DNA of 64,000 bases, from the sequence record OK335775.1; one strand, given 5' to 3'. The notes beneath the pieces are model-generated. The model was not told where the DNA came from. It did no database searches and saw only the letters and a list, made by a program, of their open reading frames with translations. Shown one piece after another: positions 31,744-40,912 of the stretch; position 1 is the first letter of the stretch; every line of letters starts with the position of its first letter. The translations under genes and the position numbers were made by a program. This DNA is from Escherichia phage PSD2002.

Positions 31744-32378
31744 AACCAGTTATCTTAACAGATATCGATGGAGTATGTTTAAGTTGGCAGTCCGGCTTGC
31801 CTTATTTCGCACAGAAATATAATTTGCCTTTAGAACATATTTTGAATATGATTCAGGACGAACGTTTCTTATCTCCTGGTGAGCTGTTTAATTGTGATAA
31901 TGAATTAGGCGCTCGTTTAATCGAGAAGTACAATCAGTCAGATTTTATTCGTTATCTGTCTCCTTACATGGACGCATTAAAACATATCAACAAGCTCAAA
32001 AAAGACTTCGATTTTGTAGCCGTGACTGCGCTAGGCGACTCAATTGATGCACTGCTGAATAGACAATTCAATTTGAATGCTTTGTTCCCTGGCGCATTCA
32101 AGGAGATTCTGATGTGTGGTCATTCAGAATCAAAAGAAGACCTCTTCATAAGAGCTAAAAATACGTACGGTAAACGTATTAAGTTTTATGTTGATGATTT
32201 GGCTCACCACTGTGATGCTGCATCTAATGTTCTCATGGATATCCAAGTTTATTGGTTAGCTCGTGGTGAACGTGACTTTAAACCTAATTTAGCCGTAAAG
32301 GTTAATTCATGGGACGATATCGCAGCAATCGAATCCCTTCGTAATAATGCCGCAGTTGAATGGATTGCTCGAGGTTAA
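31740..32378 (+). CDS. HAD-superfamily hydrolase (putative nucleotidase/phosphatase)
   Basis: 212 aa; N-terminal ILTDIDGV (HAD motif I DxDG) and later YVDD; ATGA overlap with NADAR gene. Confidence 0.55.
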   Translation: MKPVILTDIDGVCLSWQSGLPYFAQKYNLPLEHILNMIQDERFLSPGELFNCDNELGARLIEKYNQSDFIRYLSPYMDALKHINKLKKDFDFVAVTALGDSIDALLNRQFNLNALFPGAFKEILMCGHSESKEDLFIRAKNTYGKRIKFYVDDLAHHCDAASNVLMDIQVYWLARGERDFKPNLAVKVNSWDDIAAIESLRNNAAVEWIARG

Positions 32379-32379
32379 T

Positions 32380-32658
32380 ATGTTTGTAGTTCATACAATT
32401 TCAGACTATGGTCCTACCACTACAATGGATTATGGTCATGTAAACCAGTTTATTCGTCATGTGAATCATGATTACTCATTTGATGTAAATCCGGCTAAAG
32501 ACCATCCTGTTTGGCGCGAATGCGTCGAACAGGGATTCATTTATGTCCACTTTATGTCCAAGTTCAAATCTGATGGGCGAATGAGATTTGTGTTCTCTTA
32601 TCATAAGCGATTAGACTTGCTTTTGGCTGATGTGGCTTATAATAGAATCCATGACTAA
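32380..32658 (+). CDS. Hypothetical protein
   Basis: 92 aa from first ATG after upstream stop. Confidence 0.45.
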   Translation: MFVVHTISDYGPTTTMDYGHVNQFIRHVNHDYSFDVNPAKDHPVWRECVEQGFIYVHFMSKFKSDGRMRFVFSYHKRLDLLLADVAYNRIHD

Positions 32659-32668
32659 TGAGGTGATT

Positions 32669-34195
32669 ATGATTTTAGATATTTTAAACGAAATTGCTGC
32701 TATTGATTCTACTAAAGCTAAAGAAGCCATTATTGCTCGTGAAAAGGACAATGAGCTTCTGAAACGTGTTTATCGTATGGCTTATACCCGTCGTCTGAAC
32801 TACGGTATTAAAAAGTGGCCAGAACCTGGATTTACATCTCAATCCTTTGGTATGATTACTCTTGAAGACCTTCTTGATTTCGCTGAATTCACATTAGCCA
32901 CACGTAAGATTACGGGTAATGCGGCTATTGAAGAACTGGCTCAAATCATTGCTGATGCTAAGGCCCCGGATGCCGAGGTATTACGTCGTGTAATGATGCG
33001 CGACCTTGAATGTGGTGCATCGATTTCTATTGCTAACAAGGTTTGGAAAGGTTTAATCCCTGAACAACCGCAGATGTTGGCGAGTTCTTATGATGAAGCT
33101 TTGATTAAGAAAAATATTAAATGGCCAGCGTTTGCTCAATTAAAAGCTGATGGTGCTCGTTGTTTTGCCGAAGTTCGTAACGATGGTGTGACATTCCTTA
33201 CTCGTGGTGGTAATGAATACCAAGGGCTTCATCTTTTAGCTGCTGAATTAATGGCGATGACCGAAGAAGCTCGTCAACGTCATCCTAATGGCGTTATGAT
33301 TGATGGCGAATTAGTTTACCATACTCCTAAAGTTGAACCTAAAGCATCTAATGATTTGTTTAGTATGTTTGACGAGGAACTTCCTGAATTAAGTAAAGCC
33401 AAAGAATTCCAAACTGTCGCCGATCGTTCTACGTCAAATGGATTGGCTAATAAGGCTCTTCAAGGAACTATCACCCCATCTGAAGCCGCTGGTATGGTAT
33501 TACAGGCATGGGATTATGTCCCACTGGATGTCGTGTATTCTGAAGGCAAAATTAAAGGTGATAAGTATGATGTACGCTTTACAGCCTTAGAACTTATGGT
33601 GGCTCATAATGTCGTATTGCATGGCACAACGCGTGTTGAAGCTATCGAAAACCAGTGGGTTAATAATCTTGAAGAAGCTAAAGTCGTTTATAAGAAATAT
33701 GTCGACCAAGGTCTGGAAGGTATTATCCTTAAGAACATGGACTCCTACTGGGAAAACCGCCGTTCTAAGAATCTTATCAAGTTCAAAGAAGTAATCGATA
33801 TTGCTTTAGAAGTGGTGGGTTATTATGAACACTCGAAGGACCCTAACAAACTAGGCGGTGTTGAATTAGTATCACATTGTCGTCGAATTACAAGTGACTG
33901 TGGTTCAGGCTTTAAAGATACCACCCATAAGAAAGATAAATCAGGTAAAAAAGTATTGATTCCATTGGAAGACCGTCCTGATTTAGACCGTGAACTTCTT
34001 ATGAAACAAGCTCGTGAAGGTAAGTTGATTGGACGTATTGCTGACTGTGAATGTAATGGTTGGGTTCATTCTAAAGGACGTACTGATACTGTAGGTATTT
34101 TCCTTCCAATTATTAAAGGTTGGCGTTTCGATAAAACAGAAGCTGATACATTTGAAGATGTATTCGGGTCGTGGGACCAAACAGGACTTAATTAA
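32669..34195 (+). CDS. 30: ATP-dependent DNA ligase gp30
   Basis: 508 aa from MILDILNEIA; ligase motifs (KADGAR adenylation lysine, IDGELVY, EGIILK) and overall colinearity with T4 DNA ligase. Confidence 0.9.
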   Translation: MILDILNEIAAIDSTKAKEAIIAREKDNELLKRVYRMAYTRRLNYGIKKWPEPGFTSQSFGMITLEDLLDFAEFTLATRKITGNAAIEELAQIIADAKAPDAEVLRRVMMRDLECGASISIANKVWKGLIPEQPQMLASSYDEALIKKNIKWPAFAQLKADGARCFAEVRNDGVTFLTRGGNEYQGLHLLAAELMAMTEEARQRHPNGVMIDGELVYHTPKVEPKASNDLFSMFDEELPELSKAKEFQTVADRSTSNGLANKALQGTITPSEAAGMVLQAWDYVPLDVVYSEGKIKGDKYDVRFTALELMVAHNVVLHGTTRVEAIENQWVNNLEEAKVVYKKYVDQGLEGIILKNMDSYWENRRSKNLIKFKEVIDIALEVVGYYEHSKDPNKLGGVELVSHCRRITSDCGSGFKDTTHKKDKSGKKVLIPLEDRPDLDRELLMKQAREGKLIGRIADCECNGWVHSKGRTDTVGIFLPIIKGWRFDKTEADTFEDVFGSWDQTGLN

Positions 34196-34365
34196 TGAAA
34201 GTTTATTTAGAAACAATTGTTATATCAAATACAAATATTACGGCAGTCTCTCAAATCATCCTTGATTTTGAGGACGAAATAGCTTTTGCCGATTTTAAAG
34301 ATACCTTCGATGGCTATGAAAAAGGCCCTACATTCGAAGTATATCGTACACTGTTACCACTTTAA
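34195..34365 (+). CDS. Possible small protein (56 aa), not in ORF track
   Basis: ATG overlapping ligase stop (TAATG); followed by short GC hairpin; weak RBS. Confidence 0.3.
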   Translation: MKVYLETIVISNTNITAVSQIILDFEDEIAFADFKDTFDGYEKGPTFEVYRTLLPL

Positions 34366-34382
34366 GGCCTTCGGGCCTTTTC
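34365..34382 (+). terminator. Short GC hairpin with UUCG loop
   Basis: aggcc-ttcg-ggcct followed by tttt. Confidence 0.4.
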
Positions 34383-34385
34383 TGG

Positions 34386-34393
34386 CATAAATA
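34386..34393 (+). promoter_or_regulatory. Possible late promoter (CATAAATA variant) for Alt-like operon
   Basis: cATAAATA 22 nt upstream of ATG with AAGAGGA RBS; first base deviates from TATAAATA. Confidence 0.4.
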
Positions 34394-34415
34394 AGGTTAT
34401 TAAAGAGGAATTATT

Positions 34416-36311
34416 ATGTCCGAACAATTGAATGAGGTATTTGATGGTGATATAAATTTATCTGCTGTCAATTTAAACCCTAAACTTAAAGTCCCACAGA
34501 TTTGGAATATAAAGGCTGAAGGTAACGAGAACCTTGTTGCCCGCATGGTTTCATATACTTCCGAAGGCGATGTAATTCGTCAGGTTAAGCCTGGTGACAA
34601 GTATGTTCATGTCGTTTTAATGAGCCTATCGGCTAAAGGTTCTCCTGCCGAACTCAAAGGTGGATTAGGTACCAATCCTATTTCCGCTATTCGTTCTATA
34701 TTTGATATCGTCTATGAACAGGTCAAGGCCCTTCGTATGGACGCTGTTATGTTCCGTTTTCCTACCAAGAAAATGAAAGGGCAGGAAAAAGCTATACAGA
34801 GGGTATTGGCTAAATTAATAGCCTCTAGAGCAGGCGGACAGTTTAAAGTTCTTGATGCCTTGTATCAATTCACCGGTAAGCATTCGTATGTTTTTATCTA
34901 TCGTAAAAATAAAAATATAGAATCTATAAATGGTATTCCTAATATTAATTTAGAATTGTATACTAAAGTCGAATCTGAAGTCGGTGACGTGTATGTTTCA
35001 AAGAAAACAGGCGAAGATGTTACCAAACTAGAAGCTATAGCTAAGTCCATAGACGAAATAGAAAAATCACGTTCTGATAAAACTGTTATAACCAAAACAA
35101 AGGTTTCTAAACGTGCTGCTATCAATGCTTTATATCCTACAGCAGAGCCTACAGGATTGAGTAAATTTTCGGCAGAGCACAAAAAAGCTTATGCAGATTA
35201 TTCTGCTACTAGTTCCGTTCATTCTTCTGAAGATTCTAAAGAAAGCCAAATAGCTTTAGCCAGTAATAAAATATTAAAAGACACCTCTAAAGAAATGGCA
35301 GAATATTTGGATTATATTTTTAACGGTGTTAATCCATCATTTGAAGTAGACGAGCGCAAACTTAAACTAATTGCTGATATAAAGTTTGCTTTAGAGGCAT
35401 CAGATTCTTTAGATAAATCTAATAGTGTCATAGAGGCTTTAAAATCAGGTAAATCTCATGTAGACATTCTTAGACTAGTCGCTGCGGCCCTTTTAGATGA
35501 TTCAGTTAAAGGTACTTGGGCTAGAGAATCTAAAATCAAGGAAGTAATAAAATCCTTAGTAGCAGTTTATACAAAATCTATCCAACCGTTGTTTAAGATA
35601 TCTGATAATCCTAATTTATCCAAACCTCAAGAAGAGGCAGTCAAAAAGTATACTCGTGGCGGCTACAACCATATAAACAACTTTTTGCTAGGTAAAACAG
35701 ATACCACCGATGAAATGATAAAAATGATTGGTGAGTTGGATTCTACATTTGAAAATGGTACAAAACTTCCTAAAGGAACCATAGTGTATCGTTCTCAGAT
35801 AATGCCTACCGAAATGGCTTTGAATTCTATAAAACATAAGGTGATGTATCTTCCTATTTTTGCATCAACTTCATTGGCTCCTAATATTTTCGGTGAAATG
35901 GGTCATGCTCAATCCAACTTAGACCCTGAAGCTCTTTCTAGCGATATAGATAGTAATCTTGAAGACACCATTAAAAGTGCGACCGGAAGTGCTAGAGATA
36001 CCATTAAGCTAGGGTTAATTATTAAAGGTGCTGATAAAATTAAGGTTATTGTGCCCGGTGACTTGGCTAATTGGTCTACAGAAACCGAAGTAATTCTTCC
36101 TCGTGGGGTTATGCTTAAGATTAATAAAGTATACGGTGCTTCCAAGGGACCTATGGGTTCAATTGGTAAATATGTTTTAGTGGAATGTGAAGTTGTAGCT
36201 ACCGAGCAAATCACAGAGGAAGATTCATATAGCACCGGATTCTCGTTTGGAAATTATGATAGAATTATGTATGAAGATTCTATGGAAAAATTAGCAAATT
36301 TATTTAAATAG
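34416..36311 (+). CDS. Alt-like ADP-ribosyltransferase paralogue 1 (putative injected head protein)
   Basis: 631 aa; conserved N-terminal about 230 aa shared with two downstream ORFs; LNE/VF N-terminus resembles prohead protease cleavage/capsid-targeting site; C-terminal R-S-E ART signature (VYRSQ, FASTSL, TETEVILPRG). Confidence 0.7.
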   Translation: MSEQLNEVFDGDINLSAVNLNPKLKVPQIWNIKAEGNENLVARMVSYTSEGDVIRQVKPGDKYVHVVLMSLSAKGSPAELKGGLGTNPISAIRSIFDIVYEQVKALRMDAVMFRFPTKKMKGQEKAIQRVLAKLIASRAGGQFKVLDALYQFTGKHSYVFIYRKNKNIESINGIPNINLELYTKVESEVGDVYVSKKTGEDVTKLEAIAKSIDEIEKSRSDKTVITKTKVSKRAAINALYPTAEPTGLSKFSAEHKKAYADYSATSSVHSSEDSKESQIALASNKILKDTSKEMAEYLDYIFNGVNPSFEVDERKLKLIADIKFALEASDSLDKSNSVIEALKSGKSHVDILRLVAAALLDDSVKGTWARESKIKEVIKSLVAVYTKSIQPLFKISDNPNLSKPQEEAVKKYTRGGYNHINNFLLGKTDTTDEMIKMIGELDSTFENGTKLPKGTIVYRSQIMPTEMALNSIKHKVMYLPIFASTSLAPNIFGEMGHAQSNLDPEALSSDIDSNLEDTIKSATGSARDTIKLGLIIKGADKIKVIVPGDLANWSTETEVILPRGVMLKINKVYGASKGPMGSIGKYVLVECEVVATEQITEEDSYSTGFSFGNYDRIMYEDSMEKLANLFK

Positions 36312-36319
36312 GATAGATT

Positions 36320-38401
36320 ATGACCCAATTAAATGAAGTGTTCGAGTCCGAAGGTACACTGCCTGTTGTGAACTTGAACCCAAAACTTAAAGTACCTCAG
36401 ATTTGGAAGATTGGAGACGCGGAGTCTCAGTTAGTAGCACGTATGGTATCCTACGCTTCTGAAGGTGATGCTATTAAACAAGTTAAAATGGGTGATAAAT
36501 ATGCCCACGTTATCCTTATGAGCCTTTCAGCTAAAGGTTCGCCTGCCGAACTTAAAGGCGGCTTAGGCCCTACTCCTGTAGATGCGATTAATACTATTTT
36601 TGATGTGGTTTATGACCAAGTTAAAAAGCTTCGTATGGATGCCGTGATGTTCCGTTTCCCTACTAAGAAAATGAAAGGTCAAGGCCCTATCGTTCAACGG
36701 ATTATCCAACGTTTGGTAGCACAGAAAACCGGTGGACGTTTTAAAGTGGTTCCGGCTATGTACCAATTTACCGGTAAACATACTTACATCCTGGTAGTTC
36801 GTAAACAAGCTGATATAGAAGATATCAAAGGTATGCCTGGAATTAATGCTGAATTGTATACTAAGGTAGATTCTGATGTCGGTGAAGTTTATATTTCTAA
36901 AAAAGAAGGCGTACAGGTTACTAAAGAAACTGCTATCGCCGGTAGTATTGCTAAGGTTGAAGAACGTCGCACTGATAAAATGGTTATAACCAAGACTAAG
37001 ATTTCTCGACGTGCTATTGCAGCAAGTCAATCGTTAGAATCTTATCGTAATGAAAGTGGGCTGTTTAAGAAATATGAAGCTACTGCAGTAGATTTTAATA
37101 AACCGGCAACAGTTCCATTAATCCCTGAGGCCCAGGAAATGGTCACTAATAACAATTCTCCTGCGGCTAAAAATAAGGTTGCTAATATAGTAGCTGAAGG
37201 CACTGCTGAAGAATTGCATTACGACTATAAATTGTTCCCACTTCACGGTATTGGTGAAATCCAAGAGAAAATTAAAGAGAAAATTCTTACAGCTATCAAA
37301 AATGAACCTTTGACATCTGTTAAAGCCCTGGAAAAATATGCCTCTACCATTAATACCATTTTCGAAGAATATAAAGGCGAGTGGCTGGCTATCCATAACA
37401 GAACTCGTAAAGGCCAACCTGACGACGTCTGGAATGAATTAACCGAGTCCAAGTGGAAAGCAGCCAAGACTAAGTTCATTAAAAAACGTGTGTATAGTTT
37501 TGCTGGCGTAGGTGGTGGTATTATGGTCGATATTACTATTGCTCGTGAGGGCTCTAAATATACCCCATCACAAAAGCGCGGCATCAGAGAATATTGTGGT
37601 TCAGGATATACAGACATAAATAATCTTCTTTTAGGACGTTATAATCCCCAGAACTATGAGGTTATGAGCGAAAAAGATATCGAATCTGCAGTTAATAATT
37701 TGGATTCCGCTTTTGAAAATGGCGACCGTATACCAGAAGGCATCACAGTTTATCGTGCACAGAGTATGACTGCTCCTATATACGAAGCACTAGTTAAAAA
37801 TAAAGTGTTCTATTTCAGAAATTTTGTATCTACTTCTTTAACTCCTATAATTTTCGGACGTTTTGGTGTTACACACGCTGGTATTGGTCTTTTAGAACCG
37901 GAAGTTCGCAACGAATTGACAGTTGATAAAAATGAAGAAGGAATAACTATTAATCCTAATGAAATAAGAGCGTATAAGGAAAATCCCGATTACGTTAAGG
38001 TTCAAATAGGATGGGCCATTGATGGGGCTCATAAAGTTAATGTCGTATATCCAGGAAATCTCGGAATAGCAACTGAAGCCGAAGTTATTCTACCGCGTGG
38101 ATTAATGGTCAAAGTTAATAAAATAACAGATGCTTCTAATAATGATGGAACAACATCTAGTAATACAAAACTCATCCAAGCTGAAGTTATGACAACAGAT
38201 GAGCTTCAAGAATCTGTTGTATATGATGGTGATGTACTAATGGAAACCGGCGAGTTGGTCGTATATCAAGATGACTTCGATACTTCCGAAAGCCCCTTAT
38301 CTTTTGATTCATTTGTTAAATCTACACGGTTTGATGTACTGCCTCTTTTGGCTTCATGCATAGACCTCTATGACATCCCAGAAAAATTCATCCAAGGGTA
38401 A
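36320..38401 (+). CDS. Alt-like ADP-ribosyltransferase paralogue 2
   Basis: 693 aa; same N-terminal module; ART signature VYRAQ, FVSTSL, TEAEVILPRG. Confidence 0.7.
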   Translation: MTQLNEVFESEGTLPVVNLNPKLKVPQIWKIGDAESQLVARMVSYASEGDAIKQVKMGDKYAHVILMSLSAKGSPAELKGGLGPTPVDAINTIFDVVYDQVKKLRMDAVMFRFPTKKMKGQGPIVQRIIQRLVAQKTGGRFKVVPAMYQFTGKHTYILVVRKQADIEDIKGMPGINAELYTKVDSDVGEVYISKKEGVQVTKETAIAGSIAKVEERRTDKMVITKTKISRRAIAASQSLESYRNESGLFKKYEATAVDFNKPATVPLIPEAQEMVTNNNSPAAKNKVANIVAEGTAEELHYDYKLFPLHGIGEIQEKIKEKILTAIKNEPLTSVKALEKYASTINTIFEEYKGEWLAIHNRTRKGQPDDVWNELTESKWKAAKTKFIKKRVYSFAGVGGGIMVDITIAREGSKYTPSQKRGIREYCGSGYTDINNLLLGRYNPQNYEVMSEKDIESAVNNLDSAFENGDRIPEGITVYRAQSMTAPIYEALVKNKVFYFRNFVSTSLTPIIFGRFGVTHAGIGLLEPEVRNELTVDKNEEGITINPNEIRAYKENPDYVKVQIGWAIDGAHKVNVVYPGNLGIATEAEVILPRGLMVKVNKITDASNNDGTTSSNTKLIQAEVMTTDELQESVVYDGDVLMETGELVVYQDDFDTSESPLSFDSFVKSTRFDVLPLLASCIDLYDIPEKFIQG

Positions 38402-38404
38402 ATA

Positions 38405-40528
38405 ATGGAAAATTTAAATGAGGTTTTTGATAGTGATTCCGCTAAAAACTATCCAGTAACAAATCTTAAACCGGGTTCCGGTATTCCACAGATTTTCTCT
38501 ATCCAAGCACCAGGTAATGATAATCTGGTTGCTCGTATGGTATCTTATGCGTCTCAAGGAGACGCTATTAAAATGGTTAAGCCGGGCGACAAATATGTTC
38601 ATGTTATCTTAATGAGTTTATCTGCTAAAGGCGCTCCGGCAGAACTCAAGGGTGGTTTGGGTACCGATCCACTCGGTACACTGAACACCATTTTCGATAC
38701 CATATATGAACAAATAAACAAACTTAAAATGGACGCGGTTTTGTTCCGTTTCCCTACTAAGAAAATGAAAGGTAAAGGTCCTACCGTTCAGCGCGTATTA
38801 GCTCGCTTGGCTATGGCTCGTACCGGTGGTAAGTTTAAAGTTGTTGACGACATGTTCCAATTCAGCGGAAAACATACCTACGTTCTTTTAGTACGTCGTG
38901 GTGCTAGTATTGAAGATATCAAGGGTATGCCTGAAATTAATGCCGATCTTTATACTAAAGTTGAGTCTAAAGTTGGCGAAGTGTATGTTTCTAAGAAAAC
39001 CGGCCAGGCTGTAAGTAAGGTCGAAGCCGTAGCGGCATCTATTGCACAAGTTGAAGAGAAACGTACTGATAAGGCTGTCATTACTCGTACTAAGATTTCG
39101 CGTCGTATGGCAGCGGCGGCGCAGTATTCTACTGCTGAGCCTGAAACTTTGTCCTCTAAAGAATTGCAGGTTTATAACGAGTTTGAAGCTTCTGTACCGG
39201 TTCACACGGCTGAAGGCCCTGAGAACGAAGGTATTGAACAGATTAGTCAGAACTTTAAAAAAGGTGCCATTACTAAAATGCGTCAGGCTTCTCAGTTTAA
39301 ATCTAAGAGCGAGGACCTTGCCAACTTTAGATACACTATTGCTCTCACACACGCTTTAATGACTGATAGTAAATTTAAACTAAATTATGCTAATAGAGAT
39401 AAACAAGGGTTTGAAATTTACTCTAATAATATGGCATTTTTTAATACAGAAGTCGATAGACTTTTAAGTGGCCTTTCGCAAATCAATACAACCAATAGTC
39501 TGGATATTATTAAGAAAATTGTTAATAACCTGAGTACCCGTTTTAAGGGTTCCCCTTCAGAGAAAGCATCTAGAATTGCTTTCGCTATGGAAGCCGTTTA
39601 TAAACTGGTTAACGATTCTATTAGTGATGCATATGCTTATTCAGGCGAGCTCATTAAACCTAAGGACCTAACCAAAGATGAAAGCAATGCTATTATTGAA
39701 TATTGCGCGGCTGAATATGCTCCTATGAACTTATTCCTTTTAGGTAAACCTGAATCCGAAAACAATACAACGGCTATTAAATTGATTAAGGATTTAGACT
39801 CAGCATTTACTAAGGGTATTAAACTTCCTAAGGGTACTATTTTGTATCGTGGTCAGGATTTGCCATACAAAATTCTGCGCCATAATATCGATAACAAAAC
39901 ATTTTACTTTAAGAACTTTGTGTCAGCCTCATTAAAGCCTAACATCTTTGGTGAATTCGGTAAAAATTATATGGCCCTCGACAACCAAGCCGTTTTTGTT
40001 GGTGGTGAAGGTTCTTTGTCCTCCGCTGATGAGTTGTTTAAATTGGCTAGTGGTAGTTCATCTGATGTGGGTGAAGTCGATGACGAAGAGGTAGAATGGG
40101 AAGAAGACGAGTTTGGTAATCCAATTGCACCTGAAGGTCCTGCAGATAGAATTGCTGAAATTGGTATGGTTATTCGAGGTGCTGAAGCAGTTAAAGTTAT
40201 CGCTCCTGGTGACCTTACAGAATATGCCGAAGAAGCAGAAATTATCCTTCCGCGTGGATTATTGTTGAAGGTTGATAAAGTAGCGGCTTTTGCCATGAAT
40301 GATAGAGTATCTCACAAATACCTTATGGAAGCTACCGTAACGCCTCCTTCAGAGCTCAGCGAATCTGTTTACGATGGTGACCATTTGATGGAAACTGGTG
40401 AAGTTCGCCTGATGGATGGATTTAGTCAATTCTTGGTTAATGAATCCGTTTCTGAAAGCAACGAAGCTATGGAAATCCTTGCCGCGTCTTTGGATATCTC
40501 TTCTTTATCAAATAAATTCAAAATGTAG
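38405..40528 (+). CDS. Alt-like ADP-ribosyltransferase paralogue 3 (variant STS motif)
   Basis: 707 aa; same N-terminal module; ART signature LYRGQ, FVSASL, EEAEIILPRG; extra acidic insert (DDEEVEWEEDE). Confidence 0.65.
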   Translation: MENLNEVFDSDSAKNYPVTNLKPGSGIPQIFSIQAPGNDNLVARMVSYASQGDAIKMVKPGDKYVHVILMSLSAKGAPAELKGGLGTDPLGTLNTIFDTIYEQINKLKMDAVLFRFPTKKMKGKGPTVQRVLARLAMARTGGKFKVVDDMFQFSGKHTYVLLVRRGASIEDIKGMPEINADLYTKVESKVGEVYVSKKTGQAVSKVEAVAASIAQVEEKRTDKAVITRTKISRRMAAAAQYSTAEPETLSSKELQVYNEFEASVPVHTAEGPENEGIEQISQNFKKGAITKMRQASQFKSKSEDLANFRYTIALTHALMTDSKFKLNYANRDKQGFEIYSNNMAFFNTEVDRLLSGLSQINTTNSLDIIKKIVNNLSTRFKGSPSEKASRIAFAMEAVYKLVNDSISDAYAYSGELIKPKDLTKDESNAIIEYCAAEYAPMNLFLLGKPESENNTTAIKLIKDLDSAFTKGIKLPKGTILYRGQDLPYKILRHNIDNKTFYFKNFVSASLKPNIFGEFGKNYMALDNQAVFVGGEGSLSSADELFKLASGSSSDVGEVDDEEVEWEEDEFGNPIAPEGPADRIAEIGMVIRGAEAVKVIAPGDLTEYAEEAEIILPRGLLLKVDKVAAFAMNDRVSHKYLMEATVTPPSELSESVYDGDHLMETGEVRLMDGFSQFLVNESVSESNEAMEILAASLDISSLSNKFKM

Positions 40529-40558
40529 TTTACAACACCACAAGGATGTGGTACTATT
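40528..40558 (+). promoter_or_regulatory. T4-type early promoter
   Basis: gtttac + 17-19 nt + tactat then GAGGAG RBS. Confidence 0.5.
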
Positions 40559-40585
40559 ACCTTACACAAACATGAGGAGAACATT

Positions 40586-40876
40586 ATGAAATCTGCATTC
40601 CGTTTTAATGGTCAAGAACTGGTAGTTGAAAACGTTATCCCTGCTTCCGAAGAGTTTGACAGTGCCGTAGGTAATGAATTACGTCGAGTTTTCGGTGAAG
40701 ACAAACAGTTTGATATCCGACCTGTTGAGAATTTTTCTTATCCAGAACAAACCGAAAACATTTTTAACGGTGTAGTGACAGGACAACTCGAATCTGAAGC
40801 TCCTATTTCTATCACGGTCTTTGTTAAAAAGCAGCCATTAATGACTGCAGCAGGTTTCATTTCGTTCCGTAAATAA
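40586..40876 (+). CDS. Hypothetical early protein
   Basis: 96 aa ORF between early promoter and bidirectional terminator. Confidence 0.5.
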   Translation: MKSAFRFNGQELVVENVIPASEEFDSAVGNELRRVFGEDKQFDIRPVENFSYPEQTENIFNGVVTGQLESEAPISITVFVKKQPLMTAAGFISFRK

Positions 40877-40883
40877 ACCCCTA

Positions 40884-40912
40884 AAGGAGAGCATATGCTC
40901 TCCTTTTTTGTT
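40884..40912. terminator. Bidirectional rho-independent terminator
   Basis: aggagagcat-atgctctcct palindrome followed by TTTTTT; separates convergent genes. Confidence 0.7.
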
